This document shows positions 38,404-48,039 of a stretch of DNA of 64,000 bases, in pieces. The stretch lies in NCBI GenBank assembly GCA_964451305.1, contig CAYVHV010000004.1, forward strand, positions 36,417 to 100,416, written 5' to 3'. This DNA is from an uncultured Acidimicrobiales bacterium (GTDB taxonomy: Bacteria > Actinomycetota > Acidimicrobiia > Acidimicrobiales > SHLQ01). The translations under genes and the position numbers were made by a program. Below the pieces are notes generated by a model. The model had not been told where the DNA came from and searched no databases. It was given only the letters and a program-made list of their open reading frames with translations. How positions within the stretch are numbered: the stretch's first letter is position 1; every line of letters starts with the position of its first letter.

Positions 38404-39408
38404 GTGGGGTCGCTGTCGGGGCGTTCGATCCTGCCGATGAAAGCCGTGCCGGGCGAGCTGCCCGACGCCAATGGTGACTGGGGGTACGAGATCAAATGGG
38501 ACGGGATGCGGATCCTTGCGTACCTCGACGAAGATGGCGTCCGGCTCGCGAGTTCCAACGACAACGATGCGACCGCTGCGTTCCCTGAGCTGCAGGCGAT
38601 GAACGAGCTGCTCGACGGGTTCGATTCGATGATCCTCGATGGCGAGATCGTGGCGATGGGCAAGAATGGGCTGCCGAGCTTCTCGGCTCTTCAGCATCGG
38701 ATGCACGTGACCGACCCCTCGACCGCGTTGATCAAAGCGAACGAGACGCCGATCACCTTCGCGATCTTCGATCTGCTGCACGTGAACGGCCGCGACACAT
38801 TTCGCCTACCGCTCACTGACCGGCGGACATTGCTGGAAAAGATCGTCGACGCTCCGGGACGTCACTTTCGTCTCACCAACCACACGCTCGACGGACCGGG
38901 CGAAATGTTGAGAGACATCACGGAGAAAGGGATGGAAGGTCTCATCGCGAAACGCCGCGACGCTCCCTATCGAGAAGGGAAGCGAGCAAAGAGCTGGATC
39001 AAGATCAAGCCGAGGAGCCGCCAAGAGTTCGTCGTTGGAGGCTGGACCGAAGGGCGCGATGGCAACGCTGGTGGCCTCGGGTCGCTCCTGCTCGGCGTGA
39101 TGGACGTCGGCGCCGATGGGGTGCAGCGACTCCTGCCGTGTGGAAGCGTTGGTTCTGGCCTCGATGACAACGGCCGTCGATGGTGGAAAGACGAGCTCAC
39201 CGCGCATGCTCTCGACGAGTCGCCATTTGGTGCACCGGTCGTTCATCACGGCAGAGAAATGCGATGGGCGGAGCCGATTTACGTCGTGGAGGTTGGCTTT
39301 GGCGAATGGACGAACGACGGTCGTCTTCGTCACCCCGTCTACCTCGGCCGTAGAAACGACAAAGACCCCGCAGAAGTACTCCGCGAGGTCGAGTTCCGTC
39401 AGCCCTGA
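38404..39408 (+). CDS. ATP-dependent DNA ligase (NHEJ LigD ligase domain only)
   Basis: EIKWDGMR, LDGEIV, FDLL, EGLIAKR, WIKIK, VGSG, LRHPVY. Confidence 0.9.
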   Translation: MGSLSGRSILPMKAVPGELPDANGDWGYEIKWDGMRILAYLDEDGVRLASSNDNDATAAFPELQAMNELLDGFDSMILDGEIVAMGKNGLPSFSALQHRMHVTDPSTALIKANETPITFAIFDLLHVNGRDTFRLPLTDRRTLLEKIVDAPGRHFRLTNHTLDGPGEMLRDITEKGMEGLIAKRRDAPYREGKRAKSWIKIKPRSRQEFVVGGWTEGRDGNAGGLGSLLLGVMDVGADGVQRLLPCGSVGSGLDDNGRRWWKDELTAHALDESPFGAPVVHHGREMRWAEPIYVVEVGFGEWTNDGRLRHPVYLGRRNDKDPAEVLREVEFRQP

Positions 39409-39487
39409 GGGCTGGTTCGAAACCGGCTGTTCAACTCCGTGTCACCACGGGAACGGCCTTTGTCTATGGGATGGTGTGTCTCAGGGG

Positions 39488-39907
39488 TTATGCAGTCTTT
39501 GCGATGAGCACTGCGCACGGTGCCTTGTGAGCAACGTCCTCGGCTACCGAACCGAGCACACGGCTAATGCCCTGTACATGGCGGTTGCCAACGAGGATGA
39601 GGTCACCGCCGACGAGCTCGGCTTCCTTGATGAGAACCTGAGCTGGGGCGCCCGGCACGACTGCGGTCGTGATCTCGAGGTGGTTGAACTTCGATGCAAT
39701 GTTGTTGAGCTGGTCCTGAGCAATCTCAGAATCGCTGAGGTAACGCTTGTCGGTGGACTCGCCGACTGAGTAGATGGTGTCCTTCTTGCTGCATGCCGAG
39801 ACGAGATGAAGTGCGGCCCCGGTTGCGGTTGCCAAATCAGCTGCTTGTTCAACAGCGCGGAGTGCACGTTCTGAACCGTCGTATCCAGTGATGATCTTCT
39901 TGTACAT
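39488..39907 (-). CDS. Universal stress protein
   Basis: IITGYDGSE, DLILVGNR, LGSVAEDVAHKAPCAVLI. Confidence 0.92.
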   Translation of the reverse strand: MYKKIITGYDGSERALRAVEQAADLATATGAALHLVSACSKKDTIYSVGESTDKRYLSDSEIAQDQLNNIASKFNHLEITTAVVPGAPAQVLIKEAELVGGDLILVGNRHVQGISRVLGSVAEDVAHKAPCAVLIAKTA

Positions 39908-40159
39908 GTCTGCCTTTCGGATGCCATCTTGAGGTGAGAGTTGGTTTCGCATCCGTCAAGTAAAAGGGTAGGCACGTCCCTGTCGGTAATGGTCTACTTG
40001 AGGGGCAATAGGGGTCACATTGTGACCGCCGCACACCAATTGTGACGGCAGGCGTACGCTCTCGTCACCATGAGGTTGCGCGCAGGTAAACAGCGCATTG
40101 CGCGACGCCAACCAGCGGTCGATCGGGGTCGATTTTGGTCATTCGGTTAGGGTCGTGAA

Positions 40160-40807
40160 ATGGACTTCGACCTCGAACAGACCGACCGCCTGCTGCTCAC
40201 GACCAAGCAAATCCGAAAGCGGATGGACATGTCGCGTTCAGTGCCGCGAGAGCAAATCCTCGAATGCATCGACATTGCGAGCCGAGCACCGATGGGCTCG
40301 AACGCCGAGCGCAACAAGTGGCTCATCATCGAAGACCCGGATCTAAAGATGCAGATCGCTGAGCTCTACCGGTTGAACGCAGAGCCATACTTCGAGTTCG
40401 GTCGTACGGTCGAGACCGATGCCCGCGGCGATCGCGTGGCGAGCTCAGCGCAGTACCTCTCTGACAACATGCACGAGGTGCCAGCGATGGTGATCCCATT
40501 GCGCCTCGATCGAGTCGAGAACGAGAGCTCAGGACATCAGTCGGGTTGGTATGGCTCGGTGCTACCCGGAGTATGGAGCCTGCAGTTGGCTCTTCGTGCC
40601 CGCGGAATTGGTTCGTGCTGGACAACACTGCATCTTGGGTCAGAGGCCGAGGTCGCTGAGATTCTCGGCATCCCCGAGACGGTCACCCAGGTCTGCATGC
40701 TCCCGGTTGGCTACTACACCGGCGATAGCTTCTCGGTCACACCACGCCGTCCCGCCGCAGATATCACCTTCATCGACCGCTGGGGCAACAAAGCCTCCGA
40801 GCTCTAG
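40160..40807 (+). CDS. Nitroreductase family protein
   Basis: TTKQIRKR, APMGSN, SVLPGVWSLQLALRARGIGSCWTTLH. Confidence 0.9.
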   Translation: MDFDLEQTDRLLLTTKQIRKRMDMSRSVPREQILECIDIASRAPMGSNAERNKWLIIEDPDLKMQIAELYRLNAEPYFEFGRTVETDARGDRVASSAQYLSDNMHEVPAMVIPLRLDRVENESSGHQSGWYGSVLPGVWSLQLALRARGIGSCWTTLHLGSEAEVAEILGIPETVTQVCMLPVGYYTGDSFSVTPRRPAADITFIDRWGNKASEL

Positions 40808-40825
40808 ACGAGGTCCTCGCCCTGT

Positions 40826-41551
40826 TCAGGGAAGGTGGAGTCCACATTCGGTCTTGCTCGAAGAACTCCAGCGTCCCGACCTGTCGGTCTCCACAATCGT
40901 CGTGGTCGCCGATGCCGCTGACACCGACGATTGAAGCGGTGCTGTGGTGCAGGGTGCGCAACCGATCGAACGGTAGCCGAGAGCGTCGAGGGGATGTGAT
41001 GGCAGATCGAACATCGCTCGGTAGGTCTCGATGTTGTCGGTGGTCCAGTGAAGCATCGGGTGGTAACGCTCCGTGTCGACCGGTCCTGGCATCGTTTCGG
41101 AGAACCCGCTCCTCGTCGATGTCTGATCTGCGCGTACACCACTCACCCAGATGTCGAAGTCTTCGAGAAGTTCGTGGAGCGGTTCGACTTTGTTGACAGC
41201 ACAGCAACTCGTTTCGCTCGTCACGTACAGACCGGACGACGGCGGCTGTTCGTTGCCGCGAACAATGACGAGATCGAGGTCGAGGAGTTCGGCGACCTCG
41301 TCTCGAAACGAGATCGTCTCAGCGAAGTGATAGCCGGTTTCCAAAAAGGCGACCGGCGTATCGGGCGTCAGCTGGCTGATGATATGGAGTAGGGGAATGC
41401 TGTGCGTCTGGAATGATGAGCTCACGAGCAGTCGCTTCCGGTCGCGGCGATAGTCCCGGAGCATCGTGTCGATCGTCTCGATGTGAGAGGAGATCGCTTG
41501 CTGCGTGAGGCGCTCTGGGGAGAGGGCGCGCTTTGGGGAGGCTGTCTGCAT
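40826..41551 (-). CDS. cysH: APS/PAPS reductase with 4Fe-4S CC...CxxC motif
   Basis: SSSFQ, ETGYHFAET, CCAVNKVEP, GVRADQ, HPL..GYRSIGCAPCT, RSGRW, KTECGLH. Confidence 0.92.
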   Translation of the reverse strand: MQTASPKRALSPERLTQQAISSHIETIDTMLRDYRRDRKRLLVSSSFQTHSIPLLHIISQLTPDTPVAFLETGYHFAETISFRDEVAELLDLDLVIVRGNEQPPSSGLYVTSETSCCAVNKVEPLHELLEDFDIWVSGVRADQTSTRSGFSETMPGPVDTERYHPMLHWTTDNIETYRAMFDLPSHPLDALGYRSIGCAPCTTAPLQSSVSAASATTTIVETDRSGRWSSSSKTECGLHLP

Positions 41552-41659
41552 GTGATCGAACGATAGAAATGTGGCGGCGCGGCTTTGCGGTCACGGCCGC
41601 AGAATGGCACCGATTATTCGATCCAAAGTCTGTGGGTTCGGCCATCCTGAACAACGGAC

Positions 41660-41692
41660 GTCCGGACAATCGGGCTGGCGGTATGTCCGGAC
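41660..41692. promoter_or_regulatory. Two GTCCGGAC palindromes (candidate GntR operators)
   Basis: Copies at 41660-41667 and 41685-41692 between divergent cysH and siroheme genes. Confidence 0.45.
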
Positions 41693-41758
41693 CAAAAACT
41701 CGAGTGGTTGGCGAGCATGAGCGCAGGCTCTCTCACAACAGGTCACTACGTTCGCTCC

Positions 41759-42442
41759 ATGTCCGAAAGCGTCTTTCCAAACGCCCGCCCGTATCCGGTG
41801 AATCTGCGCCTCGATGGTAAGCCCGTCCTGTGCGTTGGTGCTGGAAACGTCGCGGTGCGCAAGGTTGAGCAGTTGCTCGAATCTGGAGCGCACGTCACCG
41901 CCATTGGACTTCGCGTCAACCCGCTACTCGTGGCGCTCAGCTCGCGCCCGTTCGCCGGCACGCTCACGATCCGGCAACGCGCCTACCAGCCGGGCGAGGT
42001 CGACAGCTATTCGCTCGTGATCACCTGCACGGACGATGCGGAGATCAACGAGCGCGTCCATGCCGATGGGATGGACGCTGGAGTGTGGGTGAACTCGGCC
42101 GACGATCCGGAGAACTGCGAGTTCACACTGGCTTCGGTCGTCCGCACCGGCGACCTGCAGATCGCAATCTCGACCGAAGGTCGATCGCCCGCCTTGGCAA
42201 TGCACTTGCGTCGACGTTTCGAAAAAGAGTTTGATCGCTCCTGGGCGCAACTCTTGGACCTGCTTTCCGACGTGCGCGATGAGGCTCGACTCCAGCATGG
42301 TACGAGCGAAGTTCACGGCTGGCAGGAGGCGATCGAGAGCGGACTGATCGATCTCGTCGCCGCCGGCGATCACGAGACGGCTCGTGATCGGTTGAGAACC
42401 CATCTCGGTCTCGATCGAGATGTCAGCGAGGTGGCATCGTGA
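41759..42442 (+). CDS. Precorrin-2 dehydrogenase/sirohydrochlorin ferrochelatase (CysG N-terminal/Met8-like)
   Basis: YPVNLRL, VGAGNVAVRK, VNSADDP, IAISTEGRSPA; TACGTT-N6-ATG start. Confidence 0.9.
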   Translation: MSESVFPNARPYPVNLRLDGKPVLCVGAGNVAVRKVEQLLESGAHVTAIGLRVNPLLVALSSRPFAGTLTIRQRAYQPGEVDSYSLVITCTDDAEINERVHADGMDAGVWVNSADDPENCEFTLASVVRTGDLQIAISTEGRSPALAMHLRRRFEKEFDRSWAQLLDLLSDVRDEARLQHGTSEVHGWQEAIESGLIDLVAAGDHETARDRLRTHLGLDRDVSEVAS

Positions 42443-43242
42443 CGGTTCACCTCGTCGGCGCCGGCCCCGGCGATGCCGACCTGCTCACCCTTCGTGCTGC
42501 GCGACTGCTCGGGCAGGCCGATGTGGTCATCTACGACCGTCTCGTCGGGTCTGCGATCTTCGACATGATCGCCCCATGGGCAGAACGCATCGATGTCGGC
42601 AAAGACCCGTACGGCAAGAGCGTCCCACAAGACGAGATCAACCGAATCCTGGTCGACAAGGGCCGACGCTATGAGCATGTTGTCCGCCTCAAGGGTGGAG
42701 ACCCGTACGTCTTTGGTCGCGGGGGAGAAGAGGCGCTCGTGCTCGCCGATGCGGGCATCGACTGTGACGTCGTTCCTGGAATTACCTCGGCGATCGCTGG
42801 GCCAGCAGCGGCGGGCATACCGGTTACACATCGCGGAACATCCAGCGGGTTCACCGTCATCACCGGATTTCAGAACCCCGACAATGAGCAGCGTCTCGAT
42901 TGGGATGCGATTGCGCGCATTGGAACGACACTCGTGATTCTCATGGGGGCGTCGCAAGCTCGTGCGATTCGTCAACGCCTGATCGATAGTGGAGCGCCGA
43001 TCAGCACTCCCGTAGCGATCATCACCAACGCCACCACCGCCGAGCAGAAGGCCGTTCGGCTGACGCTCGGCCAGCTCGGCGAATCAACGATCGAGAACCC
43101 ATCGATCATCGTCATTGGTCCAGCTGCCGGTCTCGAACTCGCGGCGATCGACCAACGCAGCGCCGATGGTTGCGATCGCGTTCTCGTTCCACATACCTCC
43201 ACTTCAGAAACTCAAGAGCAGGGAGAACTGCCATGGCAGTGA
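42439..43242 (+). CDS. cobA: Uroporphyrinogen-III C-methyltransferase
   Basis: LVGAGPGD, YDRLV, VRLKGGDPYVFGRGGEE, PGITSA, GIPVTHRG. Confidence 0.95.
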   Translation: MTVHLVGAGPGDADLLTLRAARLLGQADVVIYDRLVGSAIFDMIAPWAERIDVGKDPYGKSVPQDEINRILVDKGRRYEHVVRLKGGDPYVFGRGGEEALVLADAGIDCDVVPGITSAIAGPAAAGIPVTHRGTSSGFTVITGFQNPDNEQRLDWDAIARIGTTLVILMGASQARAIRQRLIDSGAPISTPVAIITNATTAEQKAVRLTLGQLGESTIENPSIIVIGPAAGLELAAIDQRSADGCDRVLVPHTSTSETQEQGELPWQ

Positions 43243-45041
43243 TCGATTCACCACAACCATCCACCGTCGACCTTGGTCCTAGCGACGTCACCGATCCGGA
43301 CATTGCGACCGATATCGAGAAGTTCGAAGAGATGCTCGCCGGGTACATAGCCGGGGAGATCGAGGAGGACGTCTTTCGAGTGTTTCGGCTGACCAACGGG
43401 ATTTACGGTCAGCGTCAAGGCGGCAGGAACCAAATGATCCGCGTGCGTATGCCCTACGGTTCGATCACCGCGGACCAGCTCGACATGCTCGGGTTTGTGG
43501 CAAAGCACTACTCGCGCCAGTGGGGCCACATCACTACCCGGCAGAACATTCAGATGCACTTCGTGCAGCTCGAAAAGATCCCCGAGGTCATGAAGCATCT
43601 CGGGTCGGTTGGGCTCAGTACCCGTGAGGCGTGTGGAGACACCGTCCGCAACGTCCAAGGCTGCCACCTCGCTGGAGCGTGCCCGTACGAGGTGCTCGAC
43701 ATCAGCGCCTGGGCGCAGGCGGCGAACGACCATTTCATTCGCAACCCGATCGGTCAGCGGTTACCGCGCAAATTCAAGATCAACTTTTCGGGTTGCGATA
43801 CCGACTGTGGTCAAGCGTTATTCAACGACGCCGGTGTGATCGCCGTGACCCGCACAAGAAGCGACGGCAGTATCGAGGCAGGCTTTCGAGTCTTTGTTGC
43901 AGGTGCACTCGGCGCGAACCCGCACGCTGCATTGGCCGTAGAAGAGTTCACGCCAAAAGAAGATCTGCTTCCAACTATCGAAGCCATCTTGCGCGTGTTC
44001 GAGCAGACAGGCAATCGGGACAACAAACTCCGCGCTCGCATGAAGTGGGTCGTCGGCACGTTGGGATGGGAAGAAACCCAGCGCCGCATTTTGGCCAGCC
44101 GCAAATTGTTGCCAGCCTCGGCGAGTTGGCCTGGTGGTCTCCCCGACGCTGTGGTTCACAACGGTGATACCCCGGCGGGGCGCGGAACAGGACCGGTTAG
44201 CCCAATCGGTCACGGCATCAACGTGAGCTTTGGAGCAACGACCGCCTTCGATCGTTGGGAAGCAGCGAACGTCGTACGCGGCGCCGCCAACGGGACGGTA
44301 TCGGCGTACGCGTGGTGCCGTCTTGGCGACATCACGGTCGAACAGTTCCACGGCATGGCGGCCATCGTGCGCGACTTCGATGTCGAGGTGCGGGCAACCA
44401 ACAGGCAGAACTTCATTCTTCGGGGACTGCGAGACGATCAACTGGCCGATCTCTACGCTCGCCTTTCGGTGCTCGACATGGCTCAGCCGGGGGCCGAACT
44501 CGCTCGCGATGTCTTGTCGTGCCCGGGAGCAGATACCTGTGGGCTTGCAGTCACACAATCGCGCGGTCTCGCCTCGGCAATTGGAGAAGAACTCGAAGCC
44601 GCCGGGCTTGCCGAGGTCGCGGGCGTTCGCATCAACATCAGCGGCTGCACCAACTCGTGCGGACATCATCACACCGCCGACATTGGCTTTTTCGGTGTCG
44701 AGCGGCGAGCGCATGGCCAGAGCGCTCCTGGCTATCAGATGCTGCTCGGCGGTCACGTCGGGAATGAGCGAGCAGAGTTTGGAGACAAGGCGCTTCGATT
44801 GCCGGCGAAGGCCGCGCCGCAGGCTGCGGTTCGAGTGCTTCAGCGTTTTCACGATGAGCGAACCGTGAGCGAGACCTTTCCAACGTGGCTGGAACGGGTA
44901 GGCGGCGCATCGGAGGTCGCGAAAGACCTCGCTGACCTCGGCGTGTTCCCGACGCCCGTCGAAGCACCGGACTTCTTCGTGGACTTCGGTGAGACCGGGG
45001 CATACGTCAAAGATGTCGGTGTATCGGAATGCGCCACGTGA
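43233..45041 (+). CDS. Siroheme-[4Fe-4S] nitrite/sulfite reductase (ferredoxin-dependent sulfite reductase by context)
   Basis: GIYGQRQ, HITTRQNIQ, ACGDTVRN, LPRKFK, CPGADTC...SGCTNSC; GGAGA RBS. Confidence 0.92.
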   Translation: MAVIDSPQPSTVDLGPSDVTDPDIATDIEKFEEMLAGYIAGEIEEDVFRVFRLTNGIYGQRQGGRNQMIRVRMPYGSITADQLDMLGFVAKHYSRQWGHITTRQNIQMHFVQLEKIPEVMKHLGSVGLSTREACGDTVRNVQGCHLAGACPYEVLDISAWAQAANDHFIRNPIGQRLPRKFKINFSGCDTDCGQALFNDAGVIAVTRTRSDGSIEAGFRVFVAGALGANPHAALAVEEFTPKEDLLPTIEAILRVFEQTGNRDNKLRARMKWVVGTLGWEETQRRILASRKLLPASASWPGGLPDAVVHNGDTPAGRGTGPVSPIGHGINVSFGATTAFDRWEAANVVRGAANGTVSAYAWCRLGDITVEQFHGMAAIVRDFDVEVRATNRQNFILRGLRDDQLADLYARLSVLDMAQPGAELARDVLSCPGADTCGLAVTQSRGLASAIGEELEAAGLAEVAGVRINISGCTNSCGHHHTADIGFFGVERRAHGQSAPGYQMLLGGHVGNERAEFGDKALRLPAKAAPQAAVRVLQRFHDERTVSETFPTWLERVGGASEVAKDLADLGVFPTPVEAPDFFVDFGETGAYVKDVGVSECAT

Positions 45042-45067
45042 ACGCAGTGATTTCGCCCGATGTCACA

Positions 45068-45097
45068 CACCAGACAAATGTTGTCATTTGTCTGGTG
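45068..45097. terminator. 13-bp inverted repeat between sulfite reductase and GntR genes (terminator or operator)
   Basis: CACCAGACAAATG-ttgt-CATTTGTCTGGTG; no clear U tail. Confidence 0.5.
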
Positions 45098-45120
45098 CGC
45101 GTGGATAGGCTACGGGTCCT

Positions 45121-45879
45121 GTGACTTTCTCGCTCGACCGTTCAAACCCGCTGCCGCTCTGGGCTCAGCTCGAAGCTGAACTCCGCCGTCGCCTCGACGC
45201 TGGTGAGTTCGACGACGGTTTCCCAACAGATGCGCAACTCGTCAATCGATACGACGTGAGTCGTCATACGGTGCGCGAAGCAATCCGTCATCTCAATAAG
45301 ACCGGCGTGCTCCGCCGCGAACGCGGCCGCGGCACTGTTGTGAACCGTGCCGAGTTCGAACAGCCGCTCGGTGGCCTCTACAGCCTGTTCGCGTCGATCG
45401 AAGCGGCAGGAGTCGAGCAGACCAGTATCGTCCTCGAGCTCGCCACACAGTCAGATGCAACCGCGGCAAGCCACCTCGGCGTGCCCGAAGACGAGGAGCT
45501 GTTCTATCTCGAACGTATCCGCTGTGCGGGTGATGCTCCGCTCGCGGTCGACCGGGCATGGATGCCGCTCGACTTGGCCGAACCGCTCCTCGACGCAGAC
45601 TTCACGCACACCGCCCTCTATGACGAGATCGAACGGATTGGTGGCTCACGGCCGAACAAGGGTTGGGAACGCTTGACACCCATCCTGCCGAGCTTTAATG
45701 ACCGGGACCGCCTCCAGCTCTCTCGAAATGACGCGGCGTTCTTCCTCGAACGGCTCGGCCAACACGATGATCGGGTCATCGAGTGGCGGACCACCACGAT
45801 TCGTGGCGATCGCTACCGCTTTGTTGCGGATTGGTCAACGAGTGCAGCGTCCGGGCTGCCATTTACGGCCCGTCCCTAG
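45121..45879 (+). CDS. GntR family regulator (HutC/UTRA subfamily)
   Basis: PLWAQL, YDVSRHTVREAI, RERGRGT, UTRA-type C-terminus RGDRYRF. Confidence 0.92.
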   Translation: MTFSLDRSNPLPLWAQLEAELRRRLDAGEFDDGFPTDAQLVNRYDVSRHTVREAIRHLNKTGVLRRERGRGTVVNRAEFEQPLGGLYSLFASIEAAGVEQTSIVLELATQSDATAASHLGVPEDEELFYLERIRCAGDAPLAVDRAWMPLDLAEPLLDADFTHTALYDEIERIGGSRPNKGWERLTPILPSFNDRDRLQLSRNDAAFFLERLGQHDDRVIEWRTTTIRGDRYRFVADWSTSAASGLPFTARP

Positions 45880-45917
45880 TCGAAATGACCCATATAGGTC
45901 GCATCAGCCAAAAATTT

Positions 45918-46050
45918 GTTACCACGGAGTTTCATTGGTAATTCAACGATTAATCGGCTGACGTGACTCAGGGCACCCCTCTCAGTGGTGCAATGCGCAC
46001 TGAACGTGCGTACCGTTTCGTGTCGTGTTCAATAGTTACGATTCTGTTAC
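45918..46050 (+). promoter_or_regulatory. Two GTnAC-N6-GTnAC boxes (MtrA/GlnR-like)
   Basis: GTTAC-cacgga-GTTTC (45918-45933) and GTTAC-gattct-GTTAC (46035-46050). Confidence 0.4.
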
Positions 46051-47044
46051 GCCTAACCGACGTCCTGTAATCCGCGTCACGTTAGTGACACTTCTTGTCG
46101 CCGCGGTCTTTGGTGCGTCAGCGAGCGCTGCCTCGGTGAGCCAGGTCGAAGTCGCTGGCGATAGTTCACTTGAGCTCGGGGCTGCCGCACTCTCGGCCCC
46201 CATCGACGATGCGCCTGAGGTCGATGAGCCAGAAGCTCTGGTCGAGGACACCGTTGAGGAGGTCGTGGAAGCGGTCGAGCCTATCGACCTCGAAGCTATG
46301 GCTGTCCTCAACGCCCAAGCGCGTGCCCAAGCTCGCGAACTCGAGCCCGTCGAAGAACCAGCCGACTTGGAAGCGCTCATCGGAAGCGTCCTGATCGATG
46401 GCGCCGGCACCGCCGGTTCGCTCAGCGAAGCATTGGAGCTCGGCTCCGAAGATGAGGTCCGCGGCGATGTAACCCTCGAGGTTCTCAACGACGCCGTAAC
46501 GAGGCCATCCGCCAGCGCAGATATCGACATCTCCGCAGTCATCGACGAGCGCGATGCCGCAATTGCGGAGCTAGAACGCCAGGCGCTCGCCGTTCGCGAA
46601 GCGCAAGCTGGAGCCGCAGCTCGAGCTGAAGCAGAAGCTGCCGAAGCAGAGGCGGCAGCCGCGGCAGCAAACGCCAACCTCAGCCTTGGTGAACGTGCTG
46701 CAGTGCTTTCTCGTGAACTTGGCAGTCCATCGACGGAAAGCGAAGCACAAGCAGCGTGGGATGCTGGCTACGCCCTCGGTGGCGGCAGCAACCTTTCTGC
46801 ATTCCACAGCACGATCCTTCCATGTGAATCGGGCAGCCAAGCCAATCGAGACACCGTCGTTGGGCGTACCGACGATTGGGGTCGAGCTCAGATCAACCGT
46901 CCCGTGTGGAGCAGCACCTTCCGCTCGCTCACCGGTGTCGTCTTCGAGGAGGGCGTCGTCCAGCCTGCCCTCAACGGCTTTATGGCCGCCCACATCGAAC
47001 AGGTCCAGGGCCTCAGCGCATGGACCTGCTGGCGCAATCGCTGA
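46025..47044 (+). CDS. Secreted protein with C-terminal lysozyme-like (SLT/Rpf-like) domain
   Basis: Signal peptide, acidic and Ala-rich coiled linker, ILPCESG, DWGRAQIN, QGLSAWTCW; start uncertain. Confidence 0.72.
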   Translation: MFNSYDSVTPNRRPVIRVTLVTLLVAAVFGASASAASVSQVEVAGDSSLELGAAALSAPIDDAPEVDEPEALVEDTVEEVVEAVEPIDLEAMAVLNAQARAQARELEPVEEPADLEALIGSVLIDGAGTAGSLSEALELGSEDEVRGDVTLEVLNDAVTRPSASADIDISAVIDERDAAIAELERQALAVREAQAGAAARAEAEAAEAEAAAAAANANLSLGERAAVLSRELGSPSTESEAQAAWDAGYALGGGSNLSAFHSTILPCESGSQANRDTVVGRTDDWGRAQINRPVWSSTFRSLTGVVFEEGVVQPALNGFMAAHIEQVQGLSAWTCWRNR

Positions 47045-47067
47045 TCGTCGCCGTCAGCGCTTGGATG

Positions 47068-47964
47068 TTATCGAAGGTCGTCTAACAGCGAGCGTGCGAG
47101 CGTCGAGAGGGTTTTGCCCTCGGGCCACACCGCTCGCAGATCTCGTTCGATCTTCAAATTCTTGACGGTGACCTCGACGAGGTGGCCGAGTGCGATCTGA
47201 TCCGCAACGGCCAGACGGCTGATCACCGTCGGTGATTGTCCGTTGAGTACCGCACTCCTCACCGCAGACGTCGAGCCCAACTCAAGCACCGACGATGGTG
47301 GCTCGTGGCCCGCGTTGGTGAGCGCTCGATCGAGTGCCTCACGAGTACCCGAACCCCGCTCACGCATCACGAGCGGTGTGCTGGCGAGTTCGCTCATATC
47401 GATCGACGGTCGGGTGGCCCACGGGTGATCTGTTGGTACGACGGTGACGAGCTGATCGTGCGCAACGATCAGCTCGTTCATCTTTGGCGTCTCGAGCGGG
47501 GTCTCGATGAAACCGAGGTCTGCTTCGCCTCGCTCGAGTTGTTGGAGGACATGGGTTGAGTTCTCGACATCGAGCGAGATCGTGTCGTTTGGGTGCTCAC
47601 GTGTGAAGCGGGAAAGCCAGCCGGGGAGAAGGTACTCAGCAATCGTGTAGCTGGCGGCGATCCGGAGCTTTCCGGCCTGTTCGGCTTTGAGTGCGTCGAG
47701 GCCTGCCTCGAGTTCGTGGGCTGCGAGCAGAATCGCATCCGCCCAGCCGGACACCACGACGCCCTCTGGCGTGGGCGTAGAGCCATTGGGGCCTCGGTCG
47801 AACAGGGTTACGCCCAATTGGCGCTCAAGATTGCGCATGCGGCTCGTCACGGACGGCTGAGCGATGTTATGCGCTTTGGCCGCCTTGCCGAAGCTGCCAT
47901 GTTTGACCACCGATGCAAAGACATCGAGGGCGGAAAGCTCGGGAAAACTCGCAGATAGTGGCAT
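47068..47964 (-). CDS. LysR regulator, YeiE/CysL-like
   Basis: GSFGKAAK..IAQPSVT HTH; IAASYTIAEYLLP, DLGFIE, RERGSGTR, ELGSTSAV. Confidence 0.88.
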   Translation of the reverse strand: MPLSASFPELSALDVFASVVKHGSFGKAAKAHNIAQPSVTSRMRNLERQLGVTLFDRGPNGSTPTPEGVVVSGWADAILLAAHELEAGLDALKAEQAGKLRIAASYTIAEYLLPGWLSRFTREHPNDTISLDVENSTHVLQQLERGEADLGFIETPLETPKMNELIVAHDQLVTVVPTDHPWATRPSIDMSELASTPLVMRERGSGTREALDRALTNAGHEPPSSVLELGSTSAVRSAVLNGQSPTVISRLAVADQIALGHLVEVTVKNLKIERDLRAVWPEGKTLSTLARSLLDDLR

Positions 47965-47966
47965 GT

Positions 47967-48007
47967 CATAGATCATAGCTATGGAGTCATTGATATAAGC
48001 CATCTAT
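47967..48007. promoter_or_regulatory. LysR T-N11-A boxes in the divergent promoter
   Basis: CATAG-atcatag-CTATG (47967-47983) and weaker ATA-N9-TAT (47993-48007). Confidence 0.6.
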
Positions 48008-48039
48008 TGCTGATGTGCCGTAGGGCACACAATATCCGG

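Noticed and set aside
38404-39408. Mobile element or prophage signalled by the ATP-dependent ligase
   Set aside because: No integrase, transposase, phage genes, att repeats or compositional shift; it looks like a chromosomal NHEJ-type ligase.
40014-40046. CRP/Rex-like TGTGA sites upstream of the USP gene
   Set aside because: Half-sites are present but spacing fits neither TGTGA-N6-TCACA nor the Rex consensus.
40070-40150. 26-aa ORF MRLRAGKQRIARRQPAVDRGRFWSFG upstream of the nitroreductase
   Set aside because: No RBS, atypical -10 spacing, no recognisable features, and its stop overlaps the nitroreductase -10 element.
45880-46024. c-di-AMP (ydaO) riboswitch before the Rpf-like gene
   Set aside because: Conserved ydaO sequence blocks were not found by eye; an Rfam scan would be needed to exclude it fully.
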